This document shows, one piece after another, positions 18,426-28,575 of a stretch of DNA of 64,000 nt (the first letter of the stretch is position 1; every line of letters starts with the position of its first letter). This DNA comes from an uncultured Candidatus Saccharibacteria bacterium (GTDB lineage Bacteria; Patescibacteriota; Minisyncoccia; Phycocordibacterales; UBA9973), in the NCBI GenBank assembly GCA_964527235.1, contig CAZGNC010000002.1, forward strand, positions 146,381 through 210,380, given 5' to 3'. A model generated the notes under the pieces. That model was given only the letters and a program-made list of their open reading frames with translations, did not search any database and had not been told where the DNA came from. Position numbers and translations under genes: made by a program.

Positions 18426-21400
18426 ATGAAAAAAATTATTTTCAATAAAAAGTTTTTTAAATTTTCTACTTTCGTTTTGGCTTTGTTTTTAGTTTTTGGT
18501 AGTTATTCAAACAAAGCAGAAGCTTATGCTTGGCAGAATGGTTACTGGACTACAGGTAACGTCACAAGCTCTCAGATTGTTTGTGTCGGCCCTACCCCTG
18601 ATGCTGTGAATCTGGCGTGGAATAATGTTCCTGGAGCATTGAGCTACACCATTGCTAGGAATAATGGTTCTCCTTTTGCAATGTTCAATAATTCTGTGTT
18701 TTTCGGTACCTATACTGACTGGAATCCTGTACCCAATATACAAAACACGTATCAAATCCAAGCTTTTGCTGGGCTGAACGGGTCAGGTTCTGTTATTGAT
18801 TTCGTAGATCATACTTCTGATGTTGCAAACTGTCCAAGTATTACCGTTGGGACGTCTTCTGGGGGTCCATTCGGTGAGGGACCTCTTACTCTTTTAACTG
18901 GACAAAGTTTATATATTTTCCTAGATCAGACTCAAATTTTTACCGGTGCTCAAGGTAATATGTTTAACTGTACTTTCAGTATTCCATCGGGAACTCCATC
19001 AGGTGTTATCTCTAGTGGGTCTGTGGCTAGTGGTTTTACTCCTACTCCTATAGACAGTAGTCATCCTTTCTATCCTTCTACTTCTGGTTCAACTTATCTT
19101 TTGTCTTGCACTAGAAGTACTGGAACTGTGGTTTCTGATAGTGTGGTGGTTTCAGGGGCTTCTGCCTCAACCCCTCCATCACCGCCAGTCATAAGTTCTG
19201 CCACTCCTGGTCTATGTGGAACCAGATCTATAAGTGTTGCTTGGGGTACAACCACAGGAGCGACATTGTATGAGATAAATGATGGTAATCCATTTCCTCC
19301 GGCTAATATTGCAAACATAGTATATTCTGGAACCTCAACTTCTTTCGTGCACGGTCTTCTCACCGCAGGTTCTAGTCATAGTTATTATGCAAGAGTTACA
19401 ACTGCTAGCGGAACTTCATCGTGGTCTCCAGCACCCACAAACGCTACCGCACCCGCGAATTGTGGATACACCGTCACCCCAAGTGCTGGTCCTAACGGTT
19501 CAATAAGCCCAAATACTCCACAAACTGTAAGCTCCGGAGGTACTACAAATTTCACCGTCACACCAAATGCCTCATACACAGCATCAGTTGGAGGTACTTG
19601 CGGGGGTAGTCTAGTAGGTACTAATTATACTACTAACCCTATTAACGCAGACTGTACAGTAATAGCATCATTCGCGCTAGGAGCTGCTCCAGATCTTACT
19701 GCCTCTGCACCTACTCCTACTAGTGCTATATTGAACTCTGCCACCACATTTAACTCAGTAATAAGTAATGTTGGATCTGCGTCTTCTGGCGCTGCATTTA
19801 CAAATATATTTCAGTTTGATGATGATGCGAACCATGCAAGCGTGGCAGGAATTAGGTTGCCTACCGCAGGACCTGTAGCAGCTTCTGCAAATGTACCCGT
19901 GTCTACTAGTTACACTTTTGCAACTACTGGAACTTGGTACGTTCGTGTGTGTGCTGATAACAATGCTTCCTTTGTTGGGGGAATTGCTGAGTCAGATGAA
20001 GGAAATAACTGTAGTGGTTGGACAACTGTTACAGTGGGCTTGGGGTCAGGAGGCCCTTATACGGTTACAGCGAACGCCGGAGCTAACGGTACTATTTCAC
20101 CATCTAGCCAAAGTGTGGCTAGTGGTAACACTACGACATTCTCTGTTTCACCTAACTCTGGCTATACAGCTACAATGAGCACTACTTGTGCTGGTGGAGT
20201 TGGTTCTCCAGCTTCTGGTTCTTCAGCTTTTACTTATACTACTCTTGGAATTAATTCTAACTGTTCAGTTACTGCAACTTTCGCTGCTACTTCTGCAACG
20301 GGTTTCGTAACTGCTAACAGCTGTACTATTCCTCTAAATGCAAGCAGTTGTAATACTACCGTGATATGGGGTACTACTAATCCTATCGGAATTCCTCAAG
20401 TAACTAGTAATAAAAACAATAGCGGTGTTGCTTCTCCTGGATTTGTTATAGGAAATGGTAATTCTGGAGGACCAGTAACTGCTGCAATATATGGAGGTAC
20501 TCCTTTTGGTACGAGAAGTTTCTTCTTATATCATAACAGTGGATCTTTGCTTGATTCAGTAAATCCAACGGCGAACTGTATTGCTGGTAGTACATGGAAC
20601 ACCACTAGTTCAAGTTGTCTAGCTAACGCCCCAGACTTGACTGCAGCAGCTCCGACAACAAACTCTGCTACGCCGGGTACACCCGTTACTCTTTCTTCTC
20701 CTGGTGTCTCAAACATAGGTACAGCTACTACTGGTGTAGGGTTTAACAATTTATGGCAAGTGAATACTGCAGCTAACGGTGGAGGTACAACTTCCGTAGT
20801 TTCAGTAAATGCGATGGCTGCATTGCCACCTGCGAGTACCTATACAGCTACTTCTTCATATACATTTACTTCAGCAGGAACCTATTCTGTGCGTTTATGT
20901 GCAGATATGAATAGTAGTATGGTGGGTACAATTGCCGAATCAAATGAGGGCAATAACTGTAGTTCTTGGACAAATGTGGCAGTGGGCACACCTTCTTCTC
21001 CTGACCTCGTTGTGCCAGCAATTAATGATCCTTCTCTCACACCAGGGTTTAGTGTTACAGCTGGACAGTCAAGTATATTTTTCTCAGGTATGCAGAATAT
21101 TGGTACTGCAACCACAGGTGTAAGTGCTTTTAATAACCTATTCCAGTATGATGATGATGCAAATCACGCGACAGTATATGCTAATCAAATTCAATCTGGT
21201 GGCCCAGTAGCAGCTGGAGCTCCGACATATGGTCTCTCTGATTCTTTTGCAGTCCCCGTTTCTTTTTCTTCTTTGTATGTTCGTTTCTGTGCTGATAATA
21301 ACGCCTCATTTGTAGGAGTTGTGACTGAATCTGATGAGAATAACAATTGTAGTAATTGGGTTTTGTTCCCTGTTACGCCGAGTGGAGGTTCAGGTCCAGA

Positions 21401-22076
21401 CTTGACTGCAGGCTCTGCTTCTCCGACCACTGCCACTGGCAGTGTGGGGCAGACATATACAGCTTCTATTTCCAACATAGGCACTACCACTACTGGTGCC
21501 CCATTCTCATATTTCTGGCAAAGAGCCTCAGCCGCAGCTGGAGGAGGGACTATAATATCTTTGGCTTTTAGCAATATGTCTGCTTTGACTACAGGTTCTA
21601 GCGCTACGGCAACATCTCCATCTATATCTTTTGGGGTGGGCACAAGATCCGTTCGCGTGTGTGCTGACTTTACTGGTCCTGGTGTTGGGGCTGCTATTAC
21701 AGAAACCAACGAGGCCAATAACTGTGGACCTTGGACTGACATAACAGTAAATGCGGTACAGCCAGCACCTACTGTAACACTTACTGCGACCCCATTAAAT
21801 GTTGCCCCGCCAGCTACAACTACCAGTTCTCTTTCGTGGTCTACTACTAACCTTGCAGATCCTGATTACTGTACATCAAATTTCTTTGCAGGAAATAGAT
21901 TGATTTCTAATAGTGCTACGCCGGGTTCCCCTATAGTGGTAACTCCAGTTGCTCCATCGAGTACATATACTATTCAGTGTTTTAGATTAAGTGACAGTCA
22001 AGCATCGGCACCAAGCTCTCAGACTGTTAACGTAGGTTCAAGTGGCCCCAAGAAACCAATCTTCATAGAAAATTAA
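18426..22076 (+). CDS. Giant secreted surface/adhesin protein with multiple CARDB-like and Ig-like repeat domains
   Basis: 1216 aa; signal peptide; at least 4 repeats ending in E(S/T)(D/N)E(G/N)NNCS.WT (CARDB-type E.NE.NN); alternating Ig-like modules (GYT.T...G.NG.ISP). Upstream TTGAAT/TGTGATATAAT promoter. Confidence 0.7.
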   Translation: MKKIIFNKKFFKFSTFVLALFLVFGSYSNKAEAYAWQNGYWTTGNVTSSQIVCVGPTPDAVNLAWNNVPGALSYTIARNNGSPFAMFNNSVFFGTYTDWNPVPNIQNTYQIQAFAGLNGSGSVIDFVDHTSDVANCPSITVGTSSGGPFGEGPLTLLTGQSLYIFLDQTQIFTGAQGNMFNCTFSIPSGTPSGVISSGSVASGFTPTPIDSSHPFYPSTSGSTYLLSCTRSTGTVVSDSVVVSGASASTPPSPPVISSATPGLCGTRSISVAWGTTTGATLYEINDGNPFPPANIANIVYSGTSTSFVHGLLTAGSSHSYYARVTTASGTSSWSPAPTNATAPANCGYTVTPSAGPNGSISPNTPQTVSSGGTTNFTVTPNASYTASVGGTCGGSLVGTNYTTNPINADCTVIASFALGAAPDLTASAPTPTSAILNSATTFNSVISNVGSASSGAAFTNIFQFDDDANHASVAGIRLPTAGPVAASANVPVSTSYTFATTGTWYVRVCADNNASFVGGIAESDEGNNCSGWTTVTVGLGSGGPYTVTANAGANGTISPSSQSVASGNTTTFSVSPNSGYTATMSTTCAGGVGSPASGSSAFTYTTLGINSNCSVTATFAATSATGFVTANSCTIPLNASSCNTTVIWGTTNPIGIPQVTSNKNNSGVASPGFVIGNGNSGGPVTAAIYGGTPFGTRSFFLYHNSGSLLDSVNPTANCIAGSTWNTTSSSCLANAPDLTAAAPTTNSATPGTPVTLSSPGVSNIGTATTGVGFNNLWQVNTAANGGGTTSVVSVNAMAALPPASTYTATSSYTFTSAGTYSVRLCADMNSSMVGTIAESNEGNNCSSWTNVAVGTPSSPDLVVPAINDPSLTPGFSVTAGQSSIFFSGMQNIGTATTGVSAFNNLFQYDDDANHATVYANQIQSGGPVAAGAPTYGLSDSFAVPVSFSSLYVRFCADNNASFVGVVTESDENNNCSNWVLFPVTPSGGSGPDLTAGSASPTTATGSVGQTYTASISNIGTTTTGAPFSYFWQRASAAAGGGTIISLAFSNMSALTTGSSATATSPSISFGVGTRSVRVCADFTGPGVGAAITETNEANNCGPWTDITVNAVQPAPTVTLTATPLNVAPPATTTSSLSWSTTNLADPDYCTSNFFAGNRLISNSATPGSPIVVTPVAPSSTYTIQCFRLSDSQASAPSSQTVNVGSSGPKKPIFIEN

Positions 22077-22084
22077 TTCTTGAA

Positions 22085-22116
22085 ATCAAAAAATCCCCCG
22101 ATTGGGGGATTTTTTG
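22085..22116 (+). terminator. Rho-independent terminator AAAAAATCCCCCGATTGGGGGATTTTTTGATT
   Basis: Perfect hairpin flanked by A6 and T6. A near-identical copy lies at 57310. Confidence 0.7.
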
Positions 22117-22153
22117 ATTCTTGTTTTGTTTTATCGTGTTATAATAATAATCA

Positions 22154-23905
22154 ATGCAACTCGATGAGGAACAATTAAAAAAATTTATTCTAGAATCTAA
22201 ACTCATTTCTCGTTCTGCCTTAGATGAGATTGTAGAAAAAGCTGAAAAGAAGAAGCAATCTCTTTCTGATATGTTGCTCTCAGAAGGAAAAATTCCTGAA
22301 AGTGATTTGAAAAAGATGCAGGCCTATGTCCTAGGTATTCCTTTCATAACCTTGGCTGATAAAAAGATTGAGCCTGATGTGTTGTCCCTTATTCCTGAGC
22401 CTATCGCTCGCAACCACAACATCGTCGCATATGCTAAAAGCTCTACCTCTCTAGAGGTGGCTATGCTCGACGTGGATGATTTGCCAATAATTGATTTCAT
22501 AAAGAAGCACTCAGGGCTGCGCATTTTACCTCGGTTGACTGATACTCCGTCTGTGAAGTCTGCCCTAGTTCAATATCGTAAAAGTTTACAGTCCGAATTC
22601 GATAGTATTATTCAGAAAGAGACTTCGTCTATCAAAGTCTCTGCTGATGAGGCAAGTGGAGAAGAGAAGTCTGAGCAGGAGCTGAAAGAAATGGCAGAAG
22701 ACTTGCCAGTGGTAAAGATTGTGGATTCTCTAGTTTCGCACGCAATATTGCAAAATGCTTCTGACATACATATTGAGCCCGGTGACAAGACCCTGACCGT
22801 GCGTTATCGTATAGACGGTATACTTCATGACGCCATGGTGCTAGATAAGACTGCAGCATCTGGTATTACTGCACGTATTAAAGTGTTGTCGAATCTCAAG
22901 CTCGATGAGAAGAGATTGCCTCAGGACGGTAGATTTAAGATTGAACAAGACGGGGAGAAGTTTTCTTTCCGTGTTTCGACTCTGCCGATATTTTTCGGAG
23001 AGAAAACGGTTATAAGAATATTGCGCGAAGATTCTCACGGTTTTACTTTAGAGTCCCTGGGTTTTCATGGTGATGGTCTAGAGAGGATATACTCCTCTTT
23101 GAAGTTGCGTACTGGCATGGTGCTAGCCACAGGACCTACTGGTTCTGGAAAGACCACAACGCTCTATACTATGCTTGAAATTCTTAACAAGCCTGAAGTA
23201 AATATTTCTACTGTCGAAGACCCTATCGAGTACCAGATGCCTAGGATAAATCAAACTCAAGTGAAACCAGAGATCGGGCTAACTTTTGCTAATGGGCTTC
23301 GATCACTTTTGCGACAAGACCCAGATATATTGATGGTGGGAGAGATCCGCGACGGTGAGACGGCTAGCTTGGCCGTGAATGCGTCGCTCACTGGGCACTT
23401 GGTGCTCTCTACGATACATACCAACTCAGCAGCGGGAGCCATTCCTAGACTTATAGACATGGGAGTAGAGCCTTTTCTTATTACCTCTACGGTAAAGACT
23501 ATAATTGCCCAGAGATTGATGCGTAGGTTGGTAAGTAAGGAGAAATATTTTTTGTCCGCAGATGAGATAAAAAATTTAGGAAAAATTGTAGACCTAGATC
23601 GAATGTTGTCACTCCTTCAGAAAGAGAAAATTGTGGGCCCTAAAGATACCTGGGAGAAAATTCCTTTTTATAAAGCAGTTAAAAGTGACGAATCTCCTGA
23701 TGGCTACTCTAACCGTGTTGGTATGCATGAGGTTATGTCAGTTACTACAACTATACGAGAAATGATATTAAAAGGGGCTTCTCAGGACCAGCTTGAGGCT
23801 CAGGCAAAGAAAGAGGGGATGATGACAATGCTAGAAGATGGTATTTATCAGGCAGTGCTTGGGGTTACAACCCTAGAGGAAGTCTTTAGAGTTGTGTCTG
23901 AATAA
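22154..23905 (+). CDS. pilB: Type IV pilus assembly ATPase PilB/GspE
   Basis: 583 aa; T2SSE_N domain; Walker A GPTGSGKTTTLY; Asp/His boxes. Confidence 0.9.
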   Translation: MQLDEEQLKKFILESKLISRSALDEIVEKAEKKKQSLSDMLLSEGKIPESDLKKMQAYVLGIPFITLADKKIEPDVLSLIPEPIARNHNIVAYAKSSTSLEVAMLDVDDLPIIDFIKKHSGLRILPRLTDTPSVKSALVQYRKSLQSEFDSIIQKETSSIKVSADEASGEEKSEQELKEMAEDLPVVKIVDSLVSHAILQNASDIHIEPGDKTLTVRYRIDGILHDAMVLDKTAASGITARIKVLSNLKLDEKRLPQDGRFKIEQDGEKFSFRVSTLPIFFGEKTVIRILREDSHGFTLESLGFHGDGLERIYSSLKLRTGMVLATGPTGSGKTTTLYTMLEILNKPEVNISTVEDPIEYQMPRINQTQVKPEIGLTFANGLRSLLRQDPDILMVGEIRDGETASLAVNASLTGHLVLSTIHTNSAAGAIPRLIDMGVEPFLITSTVKTIIAQRLMRRLVSKEKYFLSADEIKNLGKIVDLDRMLSLLQKEKIVGPKDTWEKIPFYKAVKSDESPDGYSNRVGMHEVMSVTTTIREMILKGASQDQLEAQAKKEGMMTMLEDGIYQAVLGVTTLEEVFRVVSE

Positions 23906-23911
23906 TTTAAA

Positions 23912-25129
23912 ATGCTTTTTCACTATCGAGCAAAAACTAAAACTGGAGAAGTTATCGAGAATCTTGAAGAAGCCAAGGATCGATTTGCCTTGGCGCGTGA
24001 TTTGCGGGTGCGGGGCAACACGCCTCTTTCGATAGAAGAGAAAAAAGAAAAAGGAGATGTTTTTATGCGGATGTTTCAGGGTATTTTCGGTAGGGTTAAA
24101 ATTGCTGAGTTGATAATTCTGACAAAGAATCTAAGTGGAATGTTGAAAGCTGGGTTATCTTTGTATCGCGCACTATTGGTGCTTGAGAAACAAACAAAAA
24201 ACAAAAGCTTAAATAAGATATTGGTGGCGATTAGTAATGATATCAATGCGGGAGACACTCTGTCATTAGCATTCTCTAAATTTCCTAATACTTTTTCCAA
24301 ACTTTTCGTATCTATGACTCGTGCAGGGGAGGAGTCTGGTAATTTGGCTGGAGCTCTCACCGAAGTAGGAATGAATCTAGAAAAAGCACATTCGTTGACT
24401 AAGAAAGTTAAAGGCGCTTTGATGTACCCGAGTGTTATACTCTCTGCGATGGTTGTGCTTGGCATTTTGATGTTTGCTTTTGTGGTTCCTACTCTAGCGG
24501 GGACTTTCAAGGAGCTAGGTGTAGTGTTGCCACCATCAACACGGGCTTTGATTTTCTTTGGTAATTTCTTTTCTGATAATTTGCTACTCACCTTTGTCCT
24601 TCTTGGGGTGTTTGTTTTTGGTACTGTTAGCTTGCTCCGTGCGAAATTTATGGATAAGTATGTGGATTTTACAATACTGCATTTACCCATAGTAAGTAAT
24701 TTAGTAAAAGAAATAAACACAGCGCGTACTGCTCGAACCATGTCCTCGCTTTTACTCTCAGGTGTATCTATCGTTCGTGCTGTCGAAATAACTGAAGATG
24801 TGGTACAGAATGTTTATTATAAAAATGTTTTGCAAGAAACTAAAAAGGTGCTAGAAAAAGGAGCCCCTTTTTCTAGTGTGTTTGTCGATAATCCCAACCT
24901 TTATCCAGTTATGATGGCTGAAATGATTCAAGTCGGTGAGGAGACAGGAAAACTTTCTGATATGTTACTTCAAGTCGCTTTGTTTTACGAGGAAGAGGTG
25001 GAGAATAAGACTAAAAACCTCTCAACCATTATCGAGCCTTTCTTGATGATTATAATAGGAGCTGGAGTAGGATTCTTTGCTATTTCGATGATATCTCCTC
25101 TGTACTCTATTCTAGATAACATTAACTAA
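23912..25129 (+). CDS. pilC: Type IV pilus platform protein PilC/GspF
   Basis: 405 aa; two T2SSF repeats; 3 TM segments. Confidence 0.9.
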   Translation: MLFHYRAKTKTGEVIENLEEAKDRFALARDLRVRGNTPLSIEEKKEKGDVFMRMFQGIFGRVKIAELIILTKNLSGMLKAGLSLYRALLVLEKQTKNKSLNKILVAISNDINAGDTLSLAFSKFPNTFSKLFVSMTRAGEESGNLAGALTEVGMNLEKAHSLTKKVKGALMYPSVILSAMVVLGILMFAFVVPTLAGTFKELGVVLPPSTRALIFFGNFFSDNLLLTFVLLGVFVFGTVSLLRAKFMDKYVDFTILHLPIVSNLVKEINTARTARTMSSLLLSGVSIVRAVEITEDVVQNVYYKNVLQETKKVLEKGAPFSSVFVDNPNLYPVMMAEMIQVGEETGKLSDMLLQVALFYEEEVENKTKNLSTIIEPFLMIIIGAGVGFFAISMISPLYSILDNIN

Positions 25130-26574
25130 TTTGGTACTTCTTGCCAGGATATTATCTGGTATTGGTCTGAAGTGAGTGGGAAGTTTGGTGGTGGAGCATA
25201 GAGCAAACTTGCATCATAGGTGATGTTTCTTGTTGCGTAACCCGTGCCATCTGTATAAGCGAATCCGTAACGAGCAAACGATGCGATCATCCCATATAAT
25301 GAAATAACTGAACGATTTTTATAAGCACAGCTTCCACCTCCGAAATAGTATCTTCCGATCTTGTCATTTTGGGCTATTAGCGCAGCGTCTATTTTTAAAT
25401 TGTTGTCACTAATAAGACCAACCATTATCGCGCCTTGGCCTATTAATCCCAGAGAGTCTGTACCATCATAGAATGTGTATGATATGTCGTTGTTGATGAT
25501 TATATTTTTATTCACTATAGGAGCTATCAAGTCTGCTGCTGTTATTGTAAGCCTAGCTCCATTTATTGTTCCGTCTATTACGATATGGTCTTCTATGAAT
25601 ATTGTTCCATTGGACGGGAAAGGGTAGTTGCCCTGAAGTGTTTGAGTTCCTATACTCCAGCTCGAAGTATTCGGAGATTGAGTTGAGCAACTTCCCATAC
25701 CTGCCCAAGAGTTGATTTTATATAAATCAAAAGTATCGTTGGTTTTTAAAACTATGTGATATCCAAGATAACTTCCTCCAGCGGCTCCGCGATAAAATCC
25801 ATTTGCGGATTGTGCATTGGCTTTTAGAACTGCCAGGTCGGCTGTGAAGCCAGCAAAGTTAATAGAAGGCTGACTTATCAATCGTCCAATTTCGAATACG
25901 TCTGTGCGAGAAGGTATGGCGGTAGGAGGAGAAGGGTCCATGGGGGATATGCATGTGTGTACTCCCCAGGAATTACCAGTACAAGCATCACTATCTGTGT
26001 CGTTGTATGTTGTTGAGGCGCTCGTTACAACATTGTGTGCTAGGCCGTCAAAGCGAATACCGCCGTTGACGTGTATTGGTCCGAAAATTTCTGTTCCAGC
26101 ACCAAAGCGCATAGAGTTGTTTCCTGCTACAGCGTATTTCGCTATTGAAGGTTTAGCTACAGAAGTTTCTATTATTCTAGTGTATGCTGAATCAGATGCT
26201 GAGGCACCGGTAGATCTAATCTTAACTAATGTTGAACCCAGAGCAGGGGCGGTGATTTCTAGGGCAAATTCTCCCGCGACATTACCATTCTTGTCATTTA
26301 CAGAATGAACATAAGGTCCAGCTCCTCCTGTGCCATCTTGGTAGTCTGCTGGGGCGTGTGCTAGATGCCAGCGATAATAGTCTATGCCTGCTTCAGCAAG
26401 TTGGAATGCCTGCTCTCTGTTGAAAGTTATTCTACCTGCTTTGATCGTTGTGGCAGTCCATCCAGCCAGTGCGCCAATAAGAACAACTATTATTGAAGAA
26501 AATACCAAGGTTTGCACCACTATCAGACCACTCTTATTTGAAATTCTATTATTGTTGGTGGGTTTGTGAATCAT
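25126..26574 (-). CDS. PilX-like pilus-associated protein
   Basis: 482 aa; N-terminal TM then REQAFQLAEAGIDYY (PilX_N-like). No GFTLIE prepilin motif. Confidence 0.5.
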   Translation of the reverse strand: MIHKPTNNNRISNKSGLIVVQTLVFSSIIVVLIGALAGWTATTIKAGRITFNREQAFQLAEAGIDYYRWHLAHAPADYQDGTGGAGPYVHSVNDKNGNVAGEFALEITAPALGSTLVKIRSTGASASDSAYTRIIETSVAKPSIAKYAVAGNNSMRFGAGTEIFGPIHVNGGIRFDGLAHNVVTSASTTYNDTDSDACTGNSWGVHTCISPMDPSPPTAIPSRTDVFEIGRLISQPSINFAGFTADLAVLKANAQSANGFYRGAAGGSYLGYHIVLKTNDTFDLYKINSWAGMGSCSTQSPNTSSWSIGTQTLQGNYPFPSNGTIFIEDHIVIDGTINGARLTITAADLIAPIVNKNIIINNDISYTFYDGTDSLGLIGQGAIMVGLISDNNLKIDAALIAQNDKIGRYYFGGGSCAYKNRSVISLYGMIASFARYGFAYTDGTGYATRNITYDASLLYAPPPNFPLTSDQYQIISWQEVPN

Positions 26575-27212
26575 AAATTGTCTTTTAGGTTTCTTATTGA
26601 AACTTGTGTAGAGAATGTGTTTACAGTAGGTGCGTGATTTGGATCATCGTCTATCGTAATATTTATTTTGACAAGGCGAATCGATGAAATGTTTACAGGT
26701 GATGGTAGGGGAGCTTCGGTGCCAGCATAATCTTTATCGAAATATTCAAAAGTAGATGCATTTGTTACATAATCTATCAATACTGATATTTTCTCATTGG
26801 CAAGATTGTAGCCTAGGGGGCTTCCTGTAGGCTTGGTAACCCCTTTACGTAGAGCCCCGTTGGATAAAAAGTATCGCACTCTTTCTTTTAGTGAGTCTCC
26901 GTCGATATCTGAGAAAAATATTAAATCAGTGGCAGTTGCTTGGGCTATAACATAGGCGCCTGTATCTGCAGTGGATGCAGTTCGTATCTCTGAAGACATT
27001 GTTTTAAGAGCTTTTCTGATACTATCAACATTATTTACACCAGAGGAGATAAAGGAGTTATAAATCCAGGTATTTCTAGATAGTAAAGTAAGTGCAATCA
27101 TTATCATGACGAAAACGCCGATACCCACCATCGTTTCAATCAAAGTAAATCCTTGTTTGTGTTTTAAATATCGCATGATTATGGGTTCAAAATAATTCTT
27201 TGGTGTTGCCAA
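26571..27212 (-). CDS. Type IV prepilin/pseudopilin
   Basis: 213 aa; class III signal KQGFTLIETMVGIGVF. Confidence 0.75.
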   Translation of the reverse strand: MATPKNYFEPIIMRYLKHKQGFTLIETMVGIGVFVMIMIALTLLSRNTWIYNSFISSGVNNVDSIRKALKTMSSEIRTASTADTGAYVIAQATATDLIFFSDIDGDSLKERVRYFLSNGALRKGVTKPTGSPLGYNLANEKISVLIDYVTNASTFEYFDKDYAGTEAPLPSPVNISSIRLVKINITIDDDPNHAPTVNTFSTQVSIRNLKDNL

Positions 27213-28555
27213 GATGAAGCGGGGAAATTTACGATGGTGGTTTGGTAGCCAGCTTTAGATACAGTCAGTGTGTATGTGCCACCTTCTAAGCTATTCCAGA
27301 AAACTTGGCCAGGGGTTGGGCAGGTGCCTAGCAGGCTGGTTGTCTTGGTCTCATCGAAAATCCCTTTTTGTAATTGAACAGTAGCACCATCTATTGCTAC
27401 ACCTGATGGATCTTCAACTGAAACAAGCAAGGCATTTGATGCGTGTGGAACAGCTATGATGTTGATATTTTTAACTTCGTTAGGGCTGACAGTGAATGTA
27501 GGTAGTACTGACATACCAGCTAAGTCATAAGTACCTGGAGATGTGAGCTCTGTGTCGTATGTATCCCACTCTACGTTTGGAATAGTTGTGTTGCCAGAAG
27601 CATCAGTAGTAAAGTTGTGGGCTATGTATTTTAGATAGTCTGGTAGTCCTATTAATTTTTCTCCAACGAGAGAGAATCCAATATTTGGTAGGGCTACGCA
27701 CGAAGCATCTACTGATGACACTACCAGGGAGCTGACTTGGTCTATAGATAGGCTTGTTTGGGTGACTTGTTGTACCACCACTGTTGCGTCTGGGTTTAAT
27801 GGATCTGGTCCAGCAGTGCCATTGAGAGGATAGGTCTGGTCTGTGGTATATCCAGTTTTGGTTGCAGTGATGCTGTATGCATTAACCCCAGGAGGAGCGT
27901 CTATTATTTTTATCCAGCCACCGTTGTCTGTCGTGTCATCTATTATGGTGTCTGGGTTGGTTTGAGTATTTACTATATGTACTGAGGCTCCTTGGACTGG
28001 TGTACCAAGAGCATCAAATACCTGAATGAAAAGTGCTCCATTAGTAGAAGCAGTCTCTAGCGCGTATGGTGCAACCAATGTGGTGAATTTTAGCGGAGCG
28101 AAGAACTTACAGTTAGAGCAGGTGATATCTAGATACGCTGCTCGATAGTCTGAGGGGGAAGTGTCAGAAGGTGTGCCACCTATTGTGCCGTCAAAGGGAT
28201 CGTCGACGTTTCTTATGGTGGTTTGCACATTGAAGGAGTAATTGTCTCTCGTTACTATTTTTTCACGCTGGAGTCTTCCGCTTGGCAAGCCGTTTATTAT
28301 ACCCACGTCCTCGTAGGCTAGGTTGCGGATAATTTCAAATTGTTCATTTGCCACAGAAGTAGCAGCTATCTTAGCACGAGATGCCATTACGGCACCCATG
28401 AGGCCTGAGAAAGCTTGATATGCAGACAGGGCGACTAATGCGAAAACTACGCTTCCAACTAAAGTTTCTACTAGGGTAAATCCACCATTTTGTGTAAGAA
28501 AGTTACTATTACTTTTTCTTTTACGGTAGATCATCTCTTGGGAATATTCTAACAT
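27179..28555 (-). CDS. Large type IV pilin-like protein (458 aa)
   Basis: N-terminal NGGFTLVETLVGSVVF prepilin motif; long beta-rich C-terminal region. Confidence 0.7.
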   Translation of the reverse strand: MLEYSQEMIYRKRKSNSNFLTQNGGFTLVETLVGSVVFALVALSAYQAFSGLMGAVMASRAKIAATSVANEQFEIIRNLAYEDVGIINGLPSGRLQREKIVTRDNYSFNVQTTIRNVDDPFDGTIGGTPSDTSPSDYRAAYLDITCSNCKFFAPLKFTTLVAPYALETASTNGALFIQVFDALGTPVQGASVHIVNTQTNPDTIIDDTTDNGGWIKIIDAPPGVNAYSITATKTGYTTDQTYPLNGTAGPDPLNPDATVVVQQVTQTSLSIDQVSSLVVSSVDASCVALPNIGFSLVGEKLIGLPDYLKYIAHNFTTDASGNTTIPNVEWDTYDTELTSPGTYDLAGMSVLPTFTVSPNEVKNINIIAVPHASNALLVSVEDPSGVAIDGATVQLQKGIFDETKTTSLLGTCPTPGQVFWNSLEGGTYTLTVSKAGYQTTIVNFPASSWQHQRIILNP

Positions 28556-28575
28556 GTTGTGTTATAATCCGCTAT

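Noticed and set aside
25126-26574. Calling the 482-aa protein a prepilin
   Set aside because: The N-terminus has a TM helix but lacks G-F-T-L-I-E and has Gln at +5. The REQAFQLAEAG segment fits PilX_N-like minor assembly proteins better, so it is kept as a low-confidence PilX-like call.
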